NCBI GenBank assembly: GCA_017995405.1
Contig: JAGOIY010000003.1
Span: 1-43,289, forward strand
Reading direction: 5' to 3'
From: Candidatus Cloacimonadota bacterium
GTDB lineage: Bacteria; Cloacimonadota; Cloacimonadia; Cloacimonadales; Cloacimonadaceae
Length of the DNA stretch: 43,289 nt
Below are positions 8,255 through 15,118 of this stretch, in pieces (the stretch's first letter is position 1; each line of letters starts with the position of its first letter). The notes below the pieces were generated by a model. That model saw only the letters and a program-made list of their open reading frames with translations, was not told the DNA's origin and did no database searches. A program made the translations under genes and the position numbers.

Positions 8255-9723
8255 CGTGGCATCCAGTCTTTGCTGATAAGAGTGCCGGGATAGTACATGG
8301 AGAGAATGTCTGGATAGCTCCATCCCGATCTTGCCAGGCGTAAAACTCCAATTTGGCACATACCTACTCCGTGACCAGCACCTTTGCCTTTAACCACGAT
8401 TGTGGAGCCGGAACTGGCTATATAAAAAAAGGAAGACGGCAAGCCGCCAAAGGCCTGACGGATTTTGTACTCAGAGTCCAGAGTGACAGTTTTGCTGCCT
8501 GTGAAGCGCATTTGTAGAATCCTGCCGGAATGGCCTCTTTTGATTATCTCGATTTTGCTGAGCTTTGTGAGCCCGAGATTGGATGCGAGGCGGGTCCTGG
8601 AGATATCCCTTTTCCACTGCAGGGAGGATTTTTCCCAGTTGCTGGCTTCCGGATCATTAAGTTTGGAGTCCAGCCACAGCCGCGCTCCGCTTTCAGTGCT
8701 TAGATCAAGGCTGTCCGCAGCTTCTATGCAGGTGACTCCCATCAAATGTGAGATCGGCGCGCCTTTCCAGATATTGGCAGAGGAGTCGGTTTTACCACCG
8801 CAAGCGCTGTGATAGGTGGCATCAGCGATTCTGCCGTTGCTGATCAAGACTTCATGTTCCGTGGCCTGGACGGCGGTGATAATGTTGGCGTTGGAAAGAT
8901 GCTGACCCTTATATACCTGGCAGTGGGTGCTGTTGCAGAGGTCATAGCCATCGCCCTGGTGACGGTTGTAGAGCAGCAGGCTGACAGCGTGGGTGCGGGC
9001 AGCGATTGCCTGAGTTTTTAGCGCTTCAAGGGGAGCGCTGCTGCCAATCTCGTTTTGGATGACGCCGCCGACGTAGTTTTCCAAGGTGAGAAAATGAGTG
9101 ATGACCAGCTTTTCACCGATCGCTTTGATGATAAACTCTCCTCCAAAGGCCAGATTAAGTCCGCCGATCTGAATATCCCTATCGCTCTTGATCCTGAGGG
9201 GAGTCTCGAAATAGTGCTCGTTATTGCCAGCCAGGACTTTAACTGTGGCGTTGAGCATAGGGATCGCCTGCACCTGAGATCTGGGAATTCCAAGCTCTTC
9301 GGCATAGCGTTGCGCAGTGGCCTGGGTATTAAAGGAATCTGGCTCAAAGATAAGCTTTTCCTTCTTCAAAGCGAGCTTACCGTCTATCCAGGTAAAGCTC
9401 TGCCGCGTGGCAAAATCTCCGTCATCGCTGGCGGCTGTCAGAGGTTCGACTCTGTTCAACAGACCCCAAAAGGGTAGTTTGTCCCAATTCATGAAACTGA
9501 GTTTGAGATTGCCCTCCACCTGTTTGGAGATGGGAGAACCGATCTCCGTGATCGTGAAGGAGGGTGTTCTGGCGTCCCGGCTTTTCATCGTTATCTGAGT
9601 GCCGCTGTCCAGAAAAATCTCCAACCACAACTGGCCATCGATGAGCTCCGCGGCATATGCCTGGGTGGCAATCCCCAGCATCGTCACAAACAGGACCAGG
9701 CGGAGCACAAAGACGGGTTTCAT
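8251..9723 (-). CDS. SpoIID/LytB domain protein (peptidoglycan remodelling)
   Basis: 490 aa with a signal peptide. The motifs CNSTHCQVYKG and ATYHSACGGKTDS are characteristic of the SpoIID amidase-enhancer family. Confidence 0.8.
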   Translation of the reverse strand: MKPVFVLRLVLFVTMLGIATQAYAAELIDGQLWLEIFLDSGTQITMKSRDARTPSFTITEIGSPISKQVEGNLKLSFMNWDKLPFWGLLNRVEPLTAASDDGDFATRQSFTWIDGKLALKKEKLIFEPDSFNTQATAQRYAEELGIPRSQVQAIPMLNATVKVLAGNNEHYFETPLRIKSDRDIQIGGLNLAFGGEFIIKAIGEKLVITHFLTLENYVGGVIQNEIGSSAPLEALKTQAIAARTHAVSLLLYNRHQGDGYDLCNSTHCQVYKGQHLSNANIITAVQATEHEVLISNGRIADATYHSACGGKTDSSANIWKGAPISHLMGVTCIEAADSLDLSTESGARLWLDSKLNDPEASNWEKSSLQWKRDISRTRLASNLGLTKLSKIEIIKRGHSGRILQMRFTGSKTVTLDSEYKIRQAFGGLPSSFFYIASSGSTIVVKGKGAGHGVGMCQIGVLRLARSGWSYPDILSMYYPGTLISKDWMPR

Positions 9724-9730
9724 CGCTGCC

Positions 9731-11746
9731 TTACTTGATCACCGAGCCAGGCAGACAAGGACCCTGGGGCCCCACAACGGTGAGAGTGCCTTCAGAGTGG
9801 ACTGCCAGGATCATCCCGCGGGATTCGATGCCTCTGATCTTGCGGGGTTCCAGATTGACCACCATGGCCACCGATAGGCCAAGCAACTGCTCCGGCTCGT
9901 AGGATTCCGCGATGCCGGCCACCAGTTCCCTGACCTCGCTTCCGATATCCACTTTCAGACGCAGAAGCTTGTCGGTTTTGGGGACCCTGGAAGCTTCCAG
10001 GACTTTGGCTACTCTGATATCCAAAGCACTGAAATCGTCATAACTGATGGAGGGCTTGAGAGGGTCGCACGCGGGCTTTGAGGCCGTGTGAGCGTTTTGC
10101 AGTTTTGTCAGTTGGGCTTCCACCTGCTCGTCTGTGACCTTGCTGAAGAGGGGATGGGTGTCATGCAGAGTGATTGCCAAATCATTGTGCAAACTGGCAT
10201 CATCCCATGTTGCCGCCTCAGGCAGTCCCATCATCTGTCTCAGTCTGTTCATCGATCCTGGCAGGATGGGATACAACGCGATGCTGACCATAGCAAGCAG
10301 ATCGGCACATACTCGCAGAGTCTCAAGCACGTGTTCTCTGTCTTCTTTGATGGCGGCCCAGGGTTTCCGCTCGTCAAACCAGCGGTTTCCAAGCCTGGCG
10401 ATATCCATGATCAGGCGGGTGTTTTTCTTCACCTGATACTCCCGGAAGCCTTCATCTATTTGCTTCAGCAGGGCTTCAGCCTCCTCCAGAACGGATCGCG
10501 CGGCTGCGGAATAGCTAATGGGGGGTATGATACCATCGAAGTTCTTGACGCTGAAAGCGAAAACGCGGTTGGCCAGATTGCCCAGCACGTTGTTGAGCTC
10601 GCCGTTGATCCTTAGCTGGAAGTCTTTGAAGGAGAAATCACTGTCTCCTTTTTCAGGAGCGTTGACGGCCAGATAGTATCTCAGAAAGTCACCGGGAAAA
10701 TCTTTGGCAAACTCGTCCACCCAGATAGCCCAGTTGCGGCTGGTGGAGATCTTTTGCCCTTCCAGGTTCATAAATTCGTTGGCCGGGATGTCGTGAGGAA
10801 GGCAGTATGTCTGATTTTGTCCCATCAGCATGGCTGGCCAGATCAAGGCATGAAAGATGATATTGTCTTTGCCGATAAAGTGGATCAGTTGAGTCTCGGG
10901 ATCCAGCCAATAGTCTTTCCAGCGATCAGGTTGACCTAGATTGAGGGCCCATTCCACCGTGGATGAGATATAGCCTATAGGGGCGTCAAACCACACGTAG
11001 AGCACTTTTCCCTCTGCTTCAGGCAAGGGGACGGGAATTCCCCAACTGAGGTCGCGGGTGATGCTGCGCTCTATAAGCCCCTGGTCCAATAGGTTAAGCA
11101 TAAAATTGCGGACGTTTTCTTTCCAATAATCTTTGTGAGCTATCCACTCTCTGAGCTGCTCCCGAAAGTCATCCAGCTGGATAAACCAGTGTTTGGTATC
11201 ACGGACAACCGGCATGTTGCCACAGATCTTGCACTTGGGATCGATGAGGGTGACCGTGTCATAGATTTGACCGCAGGCGTCGCACTGGTCTCCTCTGGCA
11301 CCGGTGGCTTTGCAGCGTGGGCAGATGCCCTCCACGTAGCGGTCCGGGAGATAGCGTTTGTCGTGCTCGCAATAGAATTGCCGGGTCTCACGCGCCTGGA
11401 TGTGCCCCTTTTCATAGAGGTCCAGAAAGAAGCGTCGCGAGGTCTCGTGATGAGGAGGACGGGCAGTACCGGAGAAATTGTCAAACTGGATGTCGATAGC
11501 GTCAAATCCTGCTTTGATGCTGTCGTGATAGCGCTTGACCACCACATCTGGAGTCACGCCTTCCGCGTCCGCTGATATGGAAATCGGAGTGCCGTGCTCA
11601 TCGGTCCCACAGATATAGATCACATCCTGGTTGTGAAGACGCAGCCAGCGGACAAAGACATCGGCAGGCAAATAAGCACCTGCCACGTGGCCGACATGGA
11701 GTTTACCGTTGGCGTAGGGCAGAGCGCTGGTCACCAGATATTTCAT
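9731..11746 (-). CDS. metG: Methionine--tRNA ligase with a C-terminal tRNA-binding (Trbp111/EMAP-like) domain
   Basis: MKYLVTSALPYANGKLHVGHVAG contains the HIGH motif. A Zn knuckle CPRC...CDAC is present, and the C-terminal tRNA-binding domain reads LDIRVAKV...VVNLEPRKIRG. ATG 11746 forms an ATGA overlap with the lysC stop, so the track's upstream extension to 11788 is rejected. Confidence 0.9.
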   Translation of the reverse strand: MKYLVTSALPYANGKLHVGHVAGAYLPADVFVRWLRLHNQDVIYICGTDEHGTPISISADAEGVTPDVVVKRYHDSIKAGFDAIDIQFDNFSGTARPPHHETSRRFFLDLYEKGHIQARETRQFYCEHDKRYLPDRYVEGICPRCKATGARGDQCDACGQIYDTVTLIDPKCKICGNMPVVRDTKHWFIQLDDFREQLREWIAHKDYWKENVRNFMLNLLDQGLIERSITRDLSWGIPVPLPEAEGKVLYVWFDAPIGYISSTVEWALNLGQPDRWKDYWLDPETQLIHFIGKDNIIFHALIWPAMLMGQNQTYCLPHDIPANEFMNLEGQKISTSRNWAIWVDEFAKDFPGDFLRYYLAVNAPEKGDSDFSFKDFQLRINGELNNVLGNLANRVFAFSVKNFDGIIPPISYSAAARSVLEEAEALLKQIDEGFREYQVKKNTRLIMDIARLGNRWFDERKPWAAIKEDREHVLETLRVCADLLAMVSIALYPILPGSMNRLRQMMGLPEAATWDDASLHNDLAITLHDTHPLFSKVTDEQVEAQLTKLQNAHTASKPACDPLKPSISYDDFSALDIRVAKVLEASRVPKTDKLLRLKVDIGSEVRELVAGIAESYEPEQLLGLSVAMVVNLEPRKIRGIESRGMILAVHSEGTLTVVGPQGPCLPGSVIK

Positions 11747-12909
11747 GACTCCTCCCCAATAAAGGCATTGTGAAGCAGTCTGACGCATTCTTTCACCTGA
11801 CGGCTTGGCATCATCATTTCGATACTGCGCTCCGTGTGGTTGACTCTGATCAGTTCCATGCCTGCGCAGATTTCCAATATCCGGGCCAGAAATCCCGGAT
11901 CGAGGTTGATGCCTACTCCCACGGGAATCACAAAGCCGATGCCCGTCTCTTTGGACAGAGGACTGATCCCGTGTGATCCCAGGAGATAATCAATCTCGTT
12001 TTCATATTTAGCTTCCACGATCAGCTCGAGGCGCTCAGCTTCCAGATAGTATCTAAATATCTCAAAACTCCAGCTTTTCAGCAGGCTTGTGAGGACCTCG
12101 CTGCCCGGCAGCAGGTAGCGCAATAAATCCTCTTTGTGGGCGATGGCGTTTATAACTCTTAATTCCATATTGGTTTCCGTGTTCTTTTTCAGCATAGTCC
12201 CAGGCTGGAAGCTAAAAGATGACTTCACTTCTACCGGGATGCCGTATTTGAGGGCAAATTCCACCGCTCTGGGATGGATGACTTTAGAGCCTCCGTATGC
12301 CAGAGTGAGCATGATGTCGGGGTCGATCGAGGCCAGCAAGCGCGGCCTTTCGACCACTCTGGGATCGGCGCTGTAAACCCCCTCCACGTCTGTGAATATC
12401 TCGCATTTATCGGCCTTGAGATAGCCGGCCAAGGCAACCGCGGATGTGTCTGAGCCGCCTCTGCCAAGCGTCGTGATCTCCTTTTGGAGGCTGACACCCT
12501 GGAATCCGGCCACGATCACGATCTTGCCTTTCTCGAGCTCGCTGAGGATGCGAAAGGCATTCACATTGAGGATGCGCGCGTTGCCATGATGGTCATCGGT
12601 AATGATGCCACTTTGGGACCCAGTGAAAGAAATCGCTTCCAACCCGCATTCCTGCAAGGCAAAGGAGAGCATGGACATGCTGATCCTTTCACCCGCGGTG
12701 AGCAGCATATCCATTTCCCTGCGATTAGGCCTTGCCGATACAGCGTGTGCCATAGCCCACAGCTCGTCTGTGGTCTTCGCCATGGCGGACACGACCAGCA
12801 CCAACGAGTCTTGCTCGCGCTTCTCAGCGGCAATCTTTTCCGCGATGTTCTTGATCAGACCGATACTCCCCACGGAAGTACCGCCAAATTTCTTTACAAT
12901 CATTGCCAT
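11743..12909 (-). CDS. lysC: Aspartate kinase (monofunctional, with ACT domains)
   Basis: MAMIVKKFGGTSVGS matches the aspartokinase N-terminus. GRGGSDTSAVALA is present, and the C-terminal part is ACT-like. Confidence 0.85.
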   Translation of the reverse strand: MAMIVKKFGGTSVGSIGLIKNIAEKIAAEKREQDSLVLVVSAMAKTTDELWAMAHAVSARPNRREMDMLLTAGERISMSMLSFALQECGLEAISFTGSQSGIITDDHHGNARILNVNAFRILSELEKGKIVIVAGFQGVSLQKEITTLGRGGSDTSAVALAGYLKADKCEIFTDVEGVYSADPRVVERPRLLASIDPDIMLTLAYGGSKVIHPRAVEFALKYGIPVEVKSSFSFQPGTMLKKNTETNMELRVINAIAHKEDLLRYLLPGSEVLTSLLKSWSFEIFRYYLEAERLELIVEAKYENEIDYLLGSHGISPLSKETGIGFVIPVGVGINLDPGFLARILEICAGMELIRVNHTERSIEMMMPSRQVKECVRLLHNAFIGEES

Positions 12910-12997
12910 AGGCTTTCCTAAAATTCTTAAAGGGGCTGAGTGTCAAGAGTTTTGTCTGGAATTAGTCCCAAACGGAGTGAGATTCAATCGAGCCCTG

Positions 12998-13022
12998 AAA
13001 AAAAGGGAGCCGAAGCTCCCTT
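12998..13022 (-). terminator. Rho-independent terminator of the caspase/FGE operon
   Basis: The minus strand reads AAGGGAGC-UUCG-GCUCCCUUUUUUUC, 25 nt downstream of the TAG at 13047-13049. Confidence 0.8.
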
Positions 13023-13046
13023 AACAGACAGTGTTTAATCGGTAAG

Positions 13047-15116
13047 CTAATACTTACGCGCCACCCTGAAACCCATGAAGGCATTGGTTGTTGGGGTGAT
13101 GCTGGATCGATAGATCACAGTGCACAGAGAAGGCGTATCAGAGTATCCTCCCCCTCTGTAGCAACGGCTGGAGCCACTCGTTGCTCCGGTGTAATTAGTA
13201 TAGCTGCCGGTTGGGTATGCAGCGTAGATATCCCAGCACCATTCACGAACGTTGCCACTCATCAGGTGGGTATCCACTTCATTGACCGGTTTACTGGCTA
13301 CATCCCAGGTTGAGTTTAAAGAGTTATTGTTGTAATATGCGACATAAGCTACGTCGTTGGAACCACTGTAGGTATAATTGTGAGAGGAATTACCTCCCCG
13401 CGCCGCAAAGTGCCACTCCGCTTCAGTAGGTAATCTGAAGCCGCTGGCGTTCCAGTTGCAACTCAAATAAATATGGTTTCCCGAGTTGGTATCCCAGCCT
13501 GAGGGCCAAAGGTCCGGATCTTCCACATTGTTGTATTTGTAACAGGGGCTCAGGCCAAAATGAGAGCTCAACCGGTTACAAAATTCGATGGCTTTAAACC
13601 AGCTAACATTGTAAACGGGATGAAAAACCCCAATTCCTGCTCCTGAAGAAGGATTTGAGCCCATAATGTTCTGATAGAGTGCCTGAGTGATCTCAGTCTT
13701 GCCAATATAGAATGAGCTGAGAGTCATATTGCCGGTACCGTTGTTAAAAGTTCCACCAGCCACATACTCGTCAAACATATAGGTAGCCCTGATCACCGCG
13801 CTGGGTTCCCAGGAGCCGTAATGCGCCTGGGCTTTGATGATGGTGGGCTTGGAGATATTGATCTGGCCGGTGTACAGCGTAGATGACGGTGTGGGATTGC
13901 TGCCGTCGGTGGTGTAACGTATTGCGGCATTGGTGGTGGCAGAACCGATTGCCAGATTTACGGAGACCTGGTAGGTTCCCTGGGCGATGTTGAAGTTGGG
14001 ATTAGCTGCCCGCATTGTATAACTCGCGGTAGCAATCTCGCTTGGTGTGAGACCTGTCTTCCAGGCTTTGGCTTTGAGGGTGCAGATGTTGCTGATCGTG
14101 AGAGCTCCGGTATAGAGCGTGGAGGAAGTGCTGGGCTCAGTGCCGTCGAGGGTGAAGCGGATCGTGGAGTTGGCTGTAGAGCAGCTGATCGTGGTAGTGA
14201 ATGTATTGTTGTATACACCCGTCAATTTCTGAATCACAGGGGTGGCAACCGTGGTGCTGATCGTGTATGTCTTGCTGATGACATCACTGTTGCTAAAACC
14301 AGATTTTACCGCTATCGCTTTGATTGTGGTGCTTTGGCTGAAGTTGATGGGACTGCCGTAAACCGGCGACGATGATGACGGAATGCTGCCGTTGGTGGTG
14401 TAATGAATTGTGGCCCCAGCAGTCGCGCAGGTAAGCGTGCAGGTTTGGGCAGTTTCATAAGTACCCTCGGCGAGTGAGAAGCTGGGATTGAGCGGTTTCA
14501 AGATATAACTGTGAGTCACCACAGTGCTGGGTGTGCGGCCCGCGCAGACGGCGATCGCCTTGATCGTAGCATTGGTCTGGGTGACATTGTAGGGAGGGGT
14601 GTACAGCGGCGAGCTGGCATTGGGAGTGGGGCCATTGACGGTATAGCGGATCTGAGCGCCCGGAGTGGTGGAATGTATCCATAGACCGAAGGTATTGTTG
14701 TAGGTGCCGCTCAGATGCGAGAATGAAGGAGCGGCTGTATTCAGCACCATGTTTAAACTGATCTGCGCGTGAGATCCGTTGTAGTTCTCCCGGAAGGGAT
14801 AGACCCGATACTCATAGCTCCCCTGTTGTGTAATGGAGTGGTCCCAGCAGAAGGTGCTGTTTTTGCCCACGCTTTTGTATCCCGTTTGCCAGGAGCCGCC
14901 ATTGACGCGGCGATCGATCTTGTAGCCGGCTTCGATGTTGCAACGGTCCGTCCAGTTGAGGCGAATACTCTCTCCCGACAACTGATATTGAAGGCCATAA
15001 GGGGCAAGCAGATTGGATTGAATATGCTCAGGATCTACGGGATTGGTGAATTCCTTGTTCATGCATCCCGCCAGGAGCAGCAGGACACTGATCGCGTACA
15101 GGAGTATTCTCTTCAT
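13047..15116 (-). CDS. Lipoprotein with an FN3-like domain, four CHB_HEX_C-type repeats and a C-terminal FGE-sulfatase (SUMF1/C-type-lectin-fold) domain
   Basis: The lipobox is MKRILLYAISVLLLLAGC. Four ~80-aa repeats span aa 131-449 and share the pattern GTY...A.IRYT.DGS.P..SS.LY.G.I......IKA.A. The FGE-type C-terminus reads FRLPTEAEWHFAARGG...SGNVREWCWD...RGGGY...GFRVA. I prefer ATG 15116 with a GGGAG Shine-Dalgarno (SD) site, though GTG 15122 is also possible. Confidence 0.8.
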   Translation of the reverse strand: MKRILLYAISVLLLLAGCMNKEFTNPVDPEHIQSNLLAPYGLQYQLSGESIRLNWTDRCNIEAGYKIDRRVNGGSWQTGYKSVGKNSTFCWDHSITQQGSYEYRVYPFRENYNGSHAQISLNMVLNTAAPSFSHLSGTYNNTFGLWIHSTTPGAQIRYTVNGPTPNASSPLYTPPYNVTQTNATIKAIAVCAGRTPSTVVTHSYILKPLNPSFSLAEGTYETAQTCTLTCATAGATIHYTTNGSIPSSSSPVYGSPINFSQSTTIKAIAVKSGFSNSDVISKTYTISTTVATPVIQKLTGVYNNTFTTTISCSTANSTIRFTLDGTEPSTSSTLYTGALTISNICTLKAKAWKTGLTPSEIATASYTMRAANPNFNIAQGTYQVSVNLAIGSATTNAAIRYTTDGSNPTPSSTLYTGQINISKPTIIKAQAHYGSWEPSAVIRATYMFDEYVAGGTFNNGTGNMTLSSFYIGKTEITQALYQNIMGSNPSSGAGIGVFHPVYNVSWFKAIEFCNRLSSHFGLSPCYKYNNVEDPDLWPSGWDTNSGNHIYLSCNWNASGFRLPTEAEWHFAARGGNSSHNYTYSGSNDVAYVAYYNNNSLNSTWDVASKPVNEVDTHLMSGNVREWCWDIYAAYPTGSYTNYTGATSGSSRCYRGGGYSDTPSLCTVIYRSSITPTTNAFMGFRVARKY

Positions 15117-15118
15117 TC

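Noticed and set aside
7382-8359. Upstream-extended starts offered by the track for hslO (8359), metG (11788), aminotransferase (27958), PHP (31365), sigma54 RR (35653) and GDE (40437).
   Set aside because: The extensions overlap the preceding gene by 40-110 nt or add residues absent from the family N-termini. Internal ATG/GTG codons with SD sites or 4-nt stop/start overlaps fit better (8254, 11746, 27850, 31257, 35641, 40353).
8251-9723. The SpoIID-domain gene as evidence of endospore formation.
   Set aside because: SpoIID/LytB domains are widespread in non-sporulating bacteria. No other sporulation genes are present, and the lipid A acyltransferase plus T9SS tails indicate a diderm organism.
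13050-13250. The FGE-fold C-terminus as a diversity-generating retroelement (DGR) variable region. The C-type-lectin/FGE fold is the classic DGR target, and the segment YSDTPSLCTVIY is rich in NNY-encodable residues.
   Set aside because: There is no reverse transcriptase gene and no template-repeat copy of this segment in the window. Several codons in the segment end in G/A (ACG, CTG, GTG, CCA, ACA), which does not fit AAY-derived NNY diversification. The idea can only be fully excluded by searching the whole genome for a template repeat and reverse transcriptase.
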